64,000 bases of DNA from an uncultured Anaerolineales bacterium (GTDB lineage Bacteria > Chloroflexota > Anaerolineae > B4-G1): the NCBI GenBank assembly GCA_964444825.1, contig CAYUIS010000003.1:5088-69087 (forward strand), read 5' to 3'. Below the pieces are notes generated by a model that was given only the letters and a program-made list of their open reading frames with translations, ran no database searches and had not been told where the DNA came from. Shown here in pieces: positions 25,446-35,028 of the stretch (within the stretch, counting starts at the first letter, position 1; each line of letters opens with the position of its first letter). Made by a program: the position numbers and the translations under genes.

Positions 25446-26966
25446 ATGGAACAAGTGAAACCCAAACTGCCCCGCGGGATGCGAGACATGCTACCCCAGA
25501 ACATGATCCTGCGCCAGTACGTCGTACGAGTCATCCAGGACGTCTTTGAAGAATTCGGCTTCGAGCCCTTGCAGACGCCGGCCGTCGAGCTGGAGGAGAC
25601 GCTGATGGGCAAATACGGCCCCGATGCCGAGCGGTTGATATACAACGTCGGTCACACTGGGGGCAGGGAGAGGCTTGCCCTGCGCTACGACCTCTCGGTA
25701 CCCCTATGTCGCGTGGTTGCCCAGTATCCCGACCTTAGCAAGCCGCTCAAGCGATACCAGATCGCGCCGGTGTGGCGGGCCGAGCGCCCGCAGAAAGGCC
25801 GCTACCGAGAGTTCTATCAGTGTGACGCGGACACCGTCGGCTCGGACAGTATGCTGGCTGACGCCGAGATCGTCAACGTCATCTATGAGATATTGCGCAG
25901 GCTGGGCTTTGAGCGATTCGTGATCAATATCAACAACCGCAAGATCATCGCCGGCATTGGCCAACTCGCCGGCGTGCCCGACGACCTATTGGGAGGGTTG
26001 TACCGCTCCATCGACAAGCTCGACAAGATCGGGTTGGAGGGCGTCAGGACCGAGCTACGCCAGACCGGCCTGGGTGATGCCGTCTCCATCCTGAGAAAGG
26101 CCCAGGTACCCAAGACGTTGATCGCCGGCCTCGTGGAAGATTTGCGCGGGCCGGATCTGGACGGCGTGGCATCCAAGCTCCGCCAGGCAGACGTGGAGCC
26201 AGAGACGAGCGCCGACATCTTGGACCAACTGTCGGCCCTGGACCTGGAGAACAGGGCCACGATACCCGAGATGGTGATCGAGCGGTTGCTCGAGTTCCTG
26301 GGGATCGAGGGCAGCAACAGGGAGATCCTCGCCCAACTGCGGCAGTGGCTGGCCGACTATCCGGACGCCCTGGCAGGGGTCGCCGAATTGGAAAAGATGA
26401 CCGGCTACCTGGAGACGCTTTCCATCCCGGAGGCGGTCTGCCCTGTGGTTCCGTCAATGGTGCGGGGACTGGAATACTACACAGGGCCGATCTATGAGAC
26501 AATCGTCGAGGAACCCAAGATCGGGAGCATCACGGGCGGCGGGCGCTACGACAAACTGATCGGGGTCTTTACCGATCGTAGCTATCCAGCCACCGGCACC
26601 ACCATTGGCATCGAGCGCATCATCGACGTGATGGAGGAACTAGGTATGTTCCCACCTGAGGTCGGTACCACGGTGACTCAGGTATTGGTCACGCTGTTCA
26701 GCCCGGATTTGGTCACAGAATCGATTCAACTGGCCCGAGACCTGCGCCAGACAGGGCTGAACACCGAGCTGTATTTCGATGACGATCCCCTGGGCAAGCA
26801 GATTCGCTACGCCTTGAAGAAAGGGATCCCCTACGTAGCGATCCTGGGACCAGACGAGGTGGCTGCCGGGCAGGTAACGGTCCGCAACCTAGAAATGAAA
26901 CAGCAAGAGACGGTCTCTCGGGCACAGGTTATGGCTCGTATCAAGGCGTGGCAGGAAGAGCGCTAG
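25446..26966 (+). CDS. hisS: Histidyl-tRNA synthetase (class II aaRS)
   Basis: The N-terminal PRGMRDMLP and motif 2 (RYREFYQCDAD) are present. The C-terminal anticodon-binding domain reads IPYVAILGPDEVAAGQVTVRNLE. The ORF track start at 25389 is probably too far 5'. Confidence 0.8.
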   Translation: MEQVKPKLPRGMRDMLPQNMILRQYVVRVIQDVFEEFGFEPLQTPAVELEETLMGKYGPDAERLIYNVGHTGGRERLALRYDLSVPLCRVVAQYPDLSKPLKRYQIAPVWRAERPQKGRYREFYQCDADTVGSDSMLADAEIVNVIYEILRRLGFERFVININNRKIIAGIGQLAGVPDDLLGGLYRSIDKLDKIGLEGVRTELRQTGLGDAVSILRKAQVPKTLIAGLVEDLRGPDLDGVASKLRQADVEPETSADILDQLSALDLENRATIPEMVIERLLEFLGIEGSNREILAQLRQWLADYPDALAGVAELEKMTGYLETLSIPEAVCPVVPSMVRGLEYYTGPIYETIVEEPKIGSITGGGRYDKLIGVFTDRSYPATGTTIGIERIIDVMEELGMFPPEVGTTVTQVLVTLFSPDLVTESIQLARDLRQTGLNTELYFDDDPLGKQIRYALKKGIPYVAILGPDEVAAGQVTVRNLEMKQQETVSRAQVMARIKAWQEER

Positions 26967-27002
26967 ACGGCGCTGGTCCTATATGCGATGGAGGAAAAGT
27001 CA

Positions 27003-28010
27003 ATGACCAAAAGGAGCGACATTCGCCTGTCACTACCCAGCAAGGGCCGCCTAGCAGAGGATGCTGCCAGATTGCTGAGCGCCTGTGGCCTGGCGATCGA
27101 TAAGCCCAACCCACGCCAGTACGCCGCACGTATTCTCGCCCTGCCCGGACTGACCGTGCTCTTCCAACGGCCTGGCGACATTGTCGTCAGCGTGCGGGAT
27201 GGTAGCGTGGACTTGGGCATTACCGGGATGGACATGGTGGCGGAGCGTCGAGGAGCCAACGGCACGGTGCTCGTACTCCACGACGGGCTGGGTTTTGGCC
27301 ACTGCCGTCTGGCAGTGGCAGTGCCGGAGGAGTGGGAGACGGTTCACACGATGGAGGACCTGGCACGCTACAACCAGGCACTCGGACGCCCGGTCCGCGT
27401 GGCAACAAAGTTCCCGCACCTCACAGGCGAGTTCTTGACTCGCCACGGCGTCCCGCATGCCGTCATCGATGCCGAAGGCACATTGGAGGTCGCACCAGCC
27501 ATCGGCTACGCCGATCTCATCACCGATCTGGTCTCCTCAGGGCAGACGCTGCGAGATAACCGGCTGCGCGCTCTTGAAGACGGCATTGTCATCCGCTCGC
27601 AGGCCACTCTGATCGCCCATCGACCTGCCTTGCAGAGCCGCCCACAGGTATTGGCGCTTGCGCGCACGTTGCTCGAGACCATCGAAGCTCACCTGCGAGC
27701 CGAGGAGCATCTGTCGATCGTGGCGAATATGCGAGGCGAATCGCCCCAAGCTATCGCCCAACTGATGTTCGAACAAAGGACGCTCGGCGGGCTCCAGGGC
27801 CCTACCATCTCGCAGGTCGTCGTCCGTGATGGAAACTCTAGCTGGCACGCCGTACACATCGTCGTACGCCAGGATCAGTTGTTCGAGGCAGTGAGCGAAC
27901 TGCGCGCTATTGGCGGCAGTGGCGTCGTCGTCACACCAGTGGTCTATATCTTTGAGGAGGAACCAGACCGCATCCGGGCCATGATGGAGACGCTTGATGA
28001 AGTCACCTGA
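27003..28010 (+). CDS. hisG: ATP phosphoribosyltransferase, long form with C-terminal regulatory domain
   Basis: The N-terminus reads RLSLPSKGRL...LLSACGL, the PRPP loop reads DLITDLVSSGQTLRDN, and a C-terminal regulatory domain is present. Confidence 0.85.
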   Translation: MTKRSDIRLSLPSKGRLAEDAARLLSACGLAIDKPNPRQYAARILALPGLTVLFQRPGDIVVSVRDGSVDLGITGMDMVAERRGANGTVLVLHDGLGFGHCRLAVAVPEEWETVHTMEDLARYNQALGRPVRVATKFPHLTGEFLTRHGVPHAVIDAEGTLEVAPAIGYADLITDLVSSGQTLRDNRLRALEDGIVIRSQATLIAHRPALQSRPQVLALARTLLETIEAHLRAEEHLSIVANMRGESPQAIAQLMFEQRTLGGLQGPTISQVVVRDGNSSWHAVHIVVRQDQLFEAVSELRAIGGSGVVVTPVVYIFEEEPDRIRAMMETLDEVT

Positions 28011-29358
28011 GGTGCTGACACTCTACGAGGACTGGGAACAGGCTCGCCAGACGGTGCTCTGCCGGCGAGATATGGCGGACATCGGCGAGGTGCCAGAAGC
28101 AGTACGTGAGGGCATCCGGCGCGTCTTTGGTGAGGACCTGAAGCTCCCGGCGGCCGTGGCCCGCATACTGGCTGACGTGCGAGAACGGCGCGACGACGCG
28201 CTCCGGGATTGGACGGCCCGGATCGATGGCCTGATGCTCGACGAATTGGAGGTGCCAGCCGAGGCGTGGGAAAGCGCCTACAACACCCTGCCCCACGATC
28301 TGGCTCAAGCAATGAGGCTCTCGGCCGAACGTATCCATGCCTTCCACCTCCGCCAGCCAGTCTCTTCCCTCTCTTGGTCGACGACGGACCTGGGGGGCAG
28401 GCTGGGCCAGCGTGTGGTACCGATCCAGTGTGTGGGCGTCTATGCACCTGGCGGCACCGCCCCACTCCCCTCATCGCTGTTGATGGCCGCGATTCCAGCT
28501 CAGGTTGCAGGGGTGGAAACGATCGTGGTGTGTACACCGCCCGGGCGCGCGGATGGCAGGATCCCGGACGTGACTCTGGCTGCGGCCCACGTCGCCGGGG
28601 TGGACCGGCTCTTCCGCCTAGGCGGGGCCCAGGCCATTGGAGCGCTGGCTTACGGTACGGCGACCATACCCCAGGTAGATAAGATCGTTGGAGCTGGGGG
28701 CCTGTTCACCACGCTGGCCAAGCGCCAGGTGTACGGCCAGGTTGGATTGGATGGGCTGTATGGACCGACAGAGACGCTGGTGGTGGCGGACGATTCGGCG
28801 AATCCAGGCTGGGTGGCCGCCGATCTGCTCGCTCAGGCGGAACACGACATCCTGGCGACCGCCATCCTTCTGACACCCTCGCGCTCACTGGCGCAGGCGG
28901 TCCAGGCCGAGGTCACTCGACAGGTAGAGAAGCTGACCCGCGCGGAGGTTGTGGCGGCTTCGCTGGCTGGGCAGGGCGGCATTGTTCTCACGCCTGACCT
29001 GGAGACGGCCATACAGTTGGCCGACGAGTTCGCTCCGGAGCACCTGTGCCTGTCGGTCGAGGAACCTTCCCGATGGGCCGAGCAGGTCCGCAACGCTGGC
29101 GGCATCTTCCTGGGCGAACACTCCTTCGAGGTGTTGGGTGATTACGTCGCCGGACCAAGCCACATCATGCCGACCGGCGGCACGGCTCGCTTTAGCTCTC
29201 CCGTAAACGTCCTCGACTTTGTCAAGATCATCAACGTCATCGGGTTGGATGCGGCGACGACGGCTCAGATCGGCCCAGCAGCCGCTCGTTTCGCCCGGGC
29301 CGAATCGCTCACCGCCCACGCCGCTGCGGTCGAACGTAGAGGAGGTGACCAGACGTGA
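27997..29358 (+). CDS. hisD: Histidinol dehydrogenase
   Basis: Motifs GPTETLVVADDSANP, AQAEHD and HLCLSVEE. It overlaps the hisG stop. Confidence 0.9.
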   Translation: MKSPEVLTLYEDWEQARQTVLCRRDMADIGEVPEAVREGIRRVFGEDLKLPAAVARILADVRERRDDALRDWTARIDGLMLDELEVPAEAWESAYNTLPHDLAQAMRLSAERIHAFHLRQPVSSLSWSTTDLGGRLGQRVVPIQCVGVYAPGGTAPLPSSLLMAAIPAQVAGVETIVVCTPPGRADGRIPDVTLAAAHVAGVDRLFRLGGAQAIGALAYGTATIPQVDKIVGAGGLFTTLAKRQVYGQVGLDGLYGPTETLVVADDSANPGWVAADLLAQAEHDILATAILLTPSRSLAQAVQAEVTRQVEKLTRAEVVAASLAGQGGIVLTPDLETAIQLADEFAPEHLCLSVEEPSRWAEQVRNAGGIFLGEHSFEVLGDYVAGPSHIMPTGGTARFSSPVNVLDFVKIINVIGLDAATTAQIGPAAARFARAESLTAHAAAVERRGGDQT

Positions 29359-30443
29359 ACGTGTCAGACCTCGTGCGGGCAGACATCGCCGCAATGGAGC
29401 CCTACACACCCATCTTTCCGCTCGACGTCGTGGCGGCCCGGCTCGGGCTCGCTCCCGACGACATCATCAAGCTGGACGCGAACGAGAACCCGTACGGCAC
29501 CTCGCCGGCGGTGCAGGATGGGCTGGCCAACCTGGGCTATGCACACATCTATCCCGACCCGGAGAGCCGAGCCCTGCGGACAGCGCTCTCTGACTATGTC
29601 GACGTCCCAGCCGACCTGCTACTGGCAGGAGCGGGCGCCGACGAGCTGATCGACCTGACTATGCGCCTCCTTCTTCAGCCGGGCGACAGGATAATCAACT
29701 GTCCGCCCACGTTCGGCATGTATCCGTTCGACGCGGCGATCAACGGTGGCAAGTCGATCGCCGTTCCGCGCCGCGCCGACTTTTCGCTCGACGTGGAGGG
29801 AATTGAACGGGCTGCTCACCAACACAAGCCCAAACTGATCTTTGTCGCCTCCCCGAACAACCCGGACGGAGGCTGGCTCCTCAACGCCGACCTGGAGCGC
29901 CTGCTGGCTCTGCCGCTCGTCGTCGTGTTGGATGAGGCCTATGTGGAGTTTGCGGGCGCAGAAAACAGCCGTATACAGCAGGTTGCCCAGCGTGACAACC
30001 TGGTCGTGCTGCGCACATTCAGCAAGTGGGCTGGGCTGGCCGGTCTGCGCGTGGGCTATGGGGCCTTTCCCGCGCCACTGATGGACCACCTCTGGAAGAT
30101 CAAGCAGCCATACAACGTCTCGATCGCCGCCTCAACCGCCGCGATTGCCGCGCTCGAAAACCGGACCTGGCTGGACCACCACGTTTGCCTTATCCTGGAG
30201 GAGCGGGAGCGAATGGTGCGCCTCCTGGGCGATATCCCATTCCTGCGTCCGTATCCCTCCCGATCCAACTTTGTTCTCTGCCAGGTGGTGGGACGGGATG
30301 CCCGGCGCCTCAAGCTAGCGCTGGAACAAGCGGGCATCCTGATCCGGTATTTCGACAAGCCTGGGCTGGACGATCACGTACGCATCAGCGTCGGTAGACC
30401 GGATCAGACGGACGCACTCATCGCGGCGCTGAAGCGACTATGA
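29355..30443 (+). CDS. hisC: Histidinol-phosphate aminotransferase
   Basis: Class II aminotransferase with the PLP lysine in TFSKWAGLAGLRVGY. The N-terminus reads IKLDANENPYG. Confidence 0.85.
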   Translation: MNVSDLVRADIAAMEPYTPIFPLDVVAARLGLAPDDIIKLDANENPYGTSPAVQDGLANLGYAHIYPDPESRALRTALSDYVDVPADLLLAGAGADELIDLTMRLLLQPGDRIINCPPTFGMYPFDAAINGGKSIAVPRRADFSLDVEGIERAAHQHKPKLIFVASPNNPDGGWLLNADLERLLALPLVVVLDEAYVEFAGAENSRIQQVAQRDNLVVLRTFSKWAGLAGLRVGYGAFPAPLMDHLWKIKQPYNVSIAASTAAIAALENRTWLDHHVCLILEERERMVRLLGDIPFLRPYPSRSNFVLCQVVGRDARRLKLALEQAGILIRYFDKPGLDDHVRISVGRPDQTDALIAALKRL

Positions 30444-30687
30444 CAGAGAGTTGGACGCAGACGAACGCAGAAACACGCTGATCTTTTTCTCTTTGAGAGA
30501 GGAGTCCCGTGAACTACAAGCACACTAATATTGTGCCCGCCAGGGATCGTCAGATCCCGGCCCTGCGCGGCAAGAACGACGCTTCAGACGGGGATCTGAC
30601 AGCCTGTCCTGAGTCTGTCGAAGGAATCCCCTTCGAGCAGGGAACCAGGTGCTCATTTCCGCCGCGATGCACTAGGGAGGTACAAGA

Positions 30688-31281
30688 ATGACCACACGTA
30701 CTGCTACCATCCAGCGCTCGACCAAGGAGACGACCATACAGATCGAGCTTGATCTGGATGGATCGGGCCAGCACGAAATCGATACGGGTATCGGCTTTCT
30801 CGACCATATGCTGGCGCACGTGGCCGTTCACGGCCTATTCGGCCTAAAGACGCAGGCAAGCGGCGACCTGGAAGTCGACCCCCATCACACGGTCGAGGAC
30901 GTGGCCCTGACACTCGGCGAGGCATTTGCGCAGGCCCTGGGCGATCGGGCGGGCATCGTTCGCGTGGGATCGGCGACGGTGCCAATGGACGAGTCGTTGG
31001 CGTTCGTCGCGGTGGACCTCTCGGGTCGCCCCTACTGCGTGACCGAGATAGAGTGGACCGGGCCTGCGGTTGGGGGCATACCCGTGACACTTTTCCCGCA
31101 CTTTTTCGAGTCCTTTGCCATCACCGCCCGAGCCAACATCCACGCGCGTGTCCCATACGGACGGGATGACCACCACAAAGCCGAGGCACTGTTCAAGGCG
31201 CTCGGCCGGGCGCTGGACGCCGCCACGCGCATCGATCCGCGGCGAGGTGGGCAGATCCCATCAACCAAGGGAGCCCTGTAA
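30688..31281 (+). CDS. hisB: Imidazoleglycerol-phosphate dehydratase
   Basis: Motifs [16 protein letters not shown] and [14 protein letters not shown], the Mn-binding His clusters. Confidence 0.85.
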   Translation: MTTRTATIQRSTKETTIQIELDLDGSGQHEIDTGIGFLDHMLAHVAVHGLFGLKTQASGDLEVDPHHTVEDVALTLGEAFAQALGDRAGIVRVGSATVPMDESLAFVAVDLSGRPYCVTEIEWTGPAVGGIPVTLFPHFFESFAITARANIHARVPYGRDDHHKAEALFKALGRALDAATRIDPRRGGQIPSTKGAL

Positions 31282-31283
31282 GA

Positions 31284-31901
31284 ATGATCGCCCTCATCGA
31301 CTATGGCGCTGGAAACGTTCGCTCGGTACACAAGGCATTGGAAACGGTCGGAGCGAAGGTAGCGTTGGCCAGCGAGCCAGGCCCACTCCTGAGCGCCGAC
31401 AAGATCGTACTGCCGGGGGTAGGAGCGTTCGGGGACTGTATCAGCAGCCTGCACCGCGCCGGTCTGGTGGACGCGCTCCTTCAGGCGGTCGAACGAGGCG
31501 CACCTCTGCTCGGCATCTGCGTGGGTATGCAGGTCCTGTTCGAGGAAGGGGAGGAGATGGGACTGCACGCCGGCCTCGGCATCCTGCCCGGGCGCGTGAT
31601 CCGCTTCCCCGACAGCATCGTGTCAGAAGGGCTCAAAATCCCGCACACCGGCTGGAATCAGATAACGCCGAGTGGAACGAGTCCGTTACTCGAGAACCTG
31701 GCGGACGGTGCGTGGGTGTACTTTAACCACGCCTACTACTGCCAGGCCCGTCCAGAACACACCAGCGCCGTCACCGACTATGGCGGTCCATTCCCCTCGG
31801 TCGTCGAGCAGGGGTTGGTCTATGGCATACAGTTTCATCCCGAGAAGAGCCAACAGACCGGCCTGCGCATCCTGCGGAACTTTGTGGAGGGTGTAGAATG
31901 A
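31284..31901 (+). CDS. hisH: Imidazole glycerol phosphate synthase, glutaminase subunit
   Basis: MIALIDYGAGNVRSV, the catalytic GICVGMQ, and HPEKS. Confidence 0.85.
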   Translation: MIALIDYGAGNVRSVHKALETVGAKVALASEPGPLLSADKIVLPGVGAFGDCISSLHRAGLVDALLQAVERGAPLLGICVGMQVLFEEGEEMGLHAGLGILPGRVIRFPDSIVSEGLKIPHTGWNQITPSGTSPLLENLADGAWVYFNHAYYCQARPEHTSAVTDYGGPFPSVVEQGLVYGIQFHPEKSQQTGLRILRNFVEGVE

Positions 31902-32623
31902 GGACCTGGGACATTTACCCAGCCATTGACCTGCGCCAGGGGCGGGTCGTGCGGTTAGCTCAAGGCGATCCCAACCGGGAGACCGAGTACGCCGACGACC
32001 CGCTGCGCGTGGCCCGTCGTTGGCAGCAGGCCGGGGCCAAGTGGCTCCACATCGTGAACCTGGATGGCGCCTTTGGCGAGCACAGCCAAGAGAACCAGGA
32101 TGCACTCATCCGCATCTTGACGATGGGTCTCCATGTCCAGCATGGCGGAGGTATGCGCGATCTCGAGGGAATCCAGCGAGCCCTGGAACTGGGCGTAAGC
32201 CGTGTGGTGGTTGGCACGTTAGCTCTGAATGATCCCGCCCAGGTCGAGGCAGCACTTGACGCTTTCGGACCAGAGCGGATCGCCCTGGGCATCGATGCTC
32301 GGGATGGAACGGTGCGCACCCACGGCTGGAAGAAGGACACGCCGGTGGCTGCAATCGAGCTAGGGCAGCAATGGGCGGCCCAGGGTGTGCGGTGGGCGGT
32401 TTTCACTGACGTCGCCCGAGATGGGGTACGCACGGGCCTCAATCTGGAGGCCACAGTAGAACTGGCCCAGGCTACGGGCCTACAGACTATTGCATCCGGC
32501 GGCGTGGCCAGCCTGGAGGACGTGCAACAGGCGTACGATGCCGGCCTGAACGGCGTCATTATCGGGCGGACCCTGTACGAGGGAGAGATCCTGTTAGAAG
32601 ACGCATTGCGTGTGTGCAGTTGA
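31898..32623 (+). CDS. hisA: 1-(5-phosphoribosyl)-5-[(5-phosphoribosylamino)methylideneamino] imidazole-4-carboxamide isomerase
   Basis: IYPAIDLRQGRVVRL ... VIIGRTLYEG. A (beta/alpha)8 barrel of HisA length. Confidence 0.85.
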   Translation: MRTWDIYPAIDLRQGRVVRLAQGDPNRETEYADDPLRVARRWQQAGAKWLHIVNLDGAFGEHSQENQDALIRILTMGLHVQHGGGMRDLEGIQRALELGVSRVVVGTLALNDPAQVEAALDAFGPERIALGIDARDGTVRTHGWKKDTPVAAIELGQQWAAQGVRWAVFTDVARDGVRTGLNLEATVELAQATGLQTIASGGVASLEDVQQAYDAGLNGVIIGRTLYEGEILLEDALRVCS

Positions 32624-32668
32624 TCCGTTTTCCACCGGCTACGCCGGGGATCGAAGGAGAATTCTTGG

Positions 32669-33121
32669 ATGACACAACAACGGTACCCTGAACCAACCGT
32701 GGGCGCATTGATCGTTAACCAACAGAACAGAGCCCTGTTCGTCAAGTCAAACAAGTGGAGAGATATGTACGCCATACCCGGCGGGCACATCGAGTTGGGC
32801 GAGACGATGGAGGAGGCTCTGAGAAGGGAGATCAAGGAGGAGACTGGACTTACTATCCACAGCATCGAGTTCGCCTCGTTGCAAGAGTTTGTCTTTGACG
32901 AGGCGTTTCACGAACAGAGACACTTCGTCTTTATCGATTTTGTCTGCAAGACGGATGCAGGCGAGGACACAGTCGTGCTGAACGAAGAAGGCCAGGACTA
33001 TACCTGGGCCTCTCTTGACGAAGCACTTGGGCTCCCACTGGAGCCCTACACGAGACGGCTGATCCAGAATCTGGAGCGGACCGGGACAGCCCCAGACAGG
33101 CTTATCACTGGAAAATCATAA
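32669..33121 (+). CDS. NUDIX hydrolase
   Basis: The Nudix box is GGHIELGETMEEALRREIKEETGL. Confidence 0.75.
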   Translation: MTQQRYPEPTVGALIVNQQNRALFVKSNKWRDMYAIPGGHIELGETMEEALRREIKEETGLTIHSIEFASLQEFVFDEAFHEQRHFVFIDFVCKTDAGEDTVVLNEEGQDYTWASLDEALGLPLEPYTRRLIQNLERTGTAPDRLITGKS

Positions 33122-33148
33122 CGCAAACATAGGAGGTCTGAACACATC

Positions 33149-33592
33149 ATGGGAAACATCGAAGAAGCATCGTCGAACTTTGAAGCAGGTTTTAGTTGCT
33201 CCCAATCGATCGTCGCGGCCTATGGACCGGACATGGGTCTGGAGCGCATGCTAGCCCTGAGGGTCGCAGCCGGTTTGGGTGGTGGGCTGGCTAGCTCAGG
33301 GCAGACGTGCGGCGCGGTGAGTGGCGCGCTTGTCGTCATCGGCCTCAAGTACGGCAGGATAGAGGCAGATGACGAAGAGGCAAAGGAAAAGACCTACCAG
33401 CTTGGAGGAGAATTCCTAGAGAGGTTCGGATCCCACGCCGGATCAACCGTCTGTAGAGAGTTGCTCGGGTACGACGTCAGCGATCCTGAGCAGAAACAAC
33501 TGGCCAAGGAAAAGGGGCTCTTCACCTCGGTCTGCCCCAGGCTCGTTCGGGACGCGGCCGAGATTCTGGAGCAAATCCTGCAGGAGGAATAG
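33149..33592 (+). CDS. C_GCAxxG_C_C family redox-active protein
   Basis: [13 protein letters not shown] ... [18 protein letters not shown] ... CREL ... VCPRL is the family pattern. Confidence 0.65.
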   Translation: MGNIEEASSNFEAGFSCSQSIVAAYGPDMGLERMLALRVAAGLGGGLASSGQTCGAVSGALVVIGLKYGRIEADDEEAKEKTYQLGGEFLERFGSHAGSTVCRELLGYDVSDPEQKQLAKEKGLFTSVCPRLVRDAAEILEQILQEE

Positions 33593-33595
33593 ACC

Positions 33596-34375
33596 GTGTT
33601 AGCTAAACGAATCATTCCCTGTTTGGACGTCAAGGAAGGGCGCGTCGTCAAGGGCGTCAACTTTGTGAACCTGCGCGACGCGGGCGACCCGGTGGAGAAC
33701 GCCCGGCTATACAATACCGAGGGCGCGGACGAGCTGGTCTTTTTAGACATCTCGGCCACGCCGGAGGGTAAAGCGACCACGGTGGACATGGTGCGCCAGG
33801 TCGCCGTCGAGGTCTTTATGCCGTTCACTGTGGGCGGGGGCGTGCGCACCGTCGAGGATGCGCGCGCGCTCCTGCTGGCTGGCGCCGACAAGGTGAGCAT
33901 AAACACCGCCGCCGTGCGACATCCGCACATCTTGACAAGGGCCGCGGAGCGCTTTGGCAGCCAGTGCATCGTAATAGCCGTTGACGCCAAGCGGGTATCC
34001 CACGATCCACCCCGTTGGGAGGTCTATGTCAATGGGGGACGCACGCCCACGGGGCAGGATGCAGTAGAATGGACGGTGCGGGCGGTCGAAATGGGAGCCG
34101 GCGAGGTGCTTCTGACCAGTATGGATGCGGACGGCACGCTGGCCGGCTACGACCTGGCGTTGACCCGTACCGTAGCGGAGGCAGTACCGGTGCCCGTCAT
34201 CGCCAGCGGAGGGGCGGGCAATCTGGACCATTTTGCCCAGGCCCTCACCGAGGGCAAGGCGGACGCGGCGCTGGCGGCGTCCCTGTTCCACGACCGGGTG
34301 ATGAGCATTGGCGAGGTCAAAGCGTACCTGGCCGCCAGGTCCGTTCCAGTGCGTCCCACCGAATCAGCGGAATAA
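33596..34375 (+). CDS. hisF: Imidazole glycerol phosphate synthase, cyclase subunit
   Basis: [23 protein letters not shown]... is the canonical HisF N-terminus. The start is GTG. Confidence 0.9.
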   Translation: MLAKRIIPCLDVKEGRVVKGVNFVNLRDAGDPVENARLYNTEGADELVFLDISATPEGKATTVDMVRQVAVEVFMPFTVGGGVRTVEDARALLLAGADKVSINTAAVRHPHILTRAAERFGSQCIVIAVDAKRVSHDPPRWEVYVNGGRTPTGQDAVEWTVRAVEMGAGEVLLTSMDADGTLAGYDLALTRTVAEAVPVPVIASGGAGNLDHFAQALTEGKADAALAASLFHDRVMSIGEVKAYLAARSVPVRPTESAE

Positions 34376-34388
34376 CGAGTCAGACCAA

Positions 34389-34745
34389 ATGAGCAAATCA
34401 GACAACCGCACGGTCAGTGAATCAGCAGGTGAGAGAATCCAGGTGCAGTTTGACCAACGAGGGCTGGTTCCAGCAGTAGTCCAGGATGCCAACACCGGTG
34501 AGGTACTCATGGTCGCCTGGATGAACGAGGAGGCACTGGAACGCACCTGTGAGACAGGACAGGCCCACTTTTGGAGCCGCAGCCGGCAGGAGTTGTGGCA
34601 CAAGGGGGCTACGTCGGGTAACTTTATGAACATACGCGAGATCTGGGTGGACTGTGACGCTGACACGGTGCTGCTCAGAGTGGACCCTGCCGGCCCTGCC
34701 TGCCACACCGGTCGCCAAAGCTGTTTCTACCGGAGGTGGAAATGA
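34389..34745 (+). CDS. hisI: Phosphoribosyl-AMP cyclohydrolase
   Basis: [26 protein letters not shown] ... [10 protein letters not shown]. The ORF track start at 34308 is probably overextended. Confidence 0.8.
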   Translation: MSKSDNRTVSESAGERIQVQFDQRGLVPAVVQDANTGEVLMVAWMNEEALERTCETGQAHFWSRSRQELWHKGATSGNFMNIREIWVDCDADTVLLRVDPAGPACHTGRQSCFYRRWK

Positions 34746-35026
34746 AGAACAACGTGCTGGACGAGCTGTTTGCGACTATCATTGATCGGCAAGCATACCC
34801 ACGGCCCGGCTCATACACAGCCAGGCTGCTGGAGGCTGGCGAAGACGAGATCCTGAAAAAGGTAGGTGAGGAGGCGATGGAGGTGATCCTGGCCGCCAAG
34901 GGGCAGGGAGACGAACGAGTTGTCTCTGAGATCGCCGATCTGTTCTACCACCTGCTGGTATTGCTGGCGGCACGAGGTCTCACATTGGACCAAGTCGAGG
35001 CCGAGTTAAAACGGAGGCGAAGATAA
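34736..35026 (+). CDS. hisE: Phosphoribosyl-ATP pyrophosphatase
   Basis: [12 protein letters not shown]...[27 protein letters not shown]...[10 protein letters not shown]. The start is GTG 34736 or ATG 34742. Confidence 0.8.
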   Translation: MEMKNNVLDELFATIIDRQAYPRPGSYTARLLEAGEDEILKKVGEEAMEVILAAKGQGDERVVSEIADLFYHLLVLLAARGLTLDQVEAELKRRRR

Positions 35027-35028
35027 AA

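Noticed and set aside
25883-28537. Long minus-strand ORFs (25883-26317, 26044-26502, 27944-28537) antisense to hisS/hisG/hisD
   Set aside because: These are GC-rich antisense frames full of Arg/Pro/Ser. The sense strand encodes well-conserved his enzymes.
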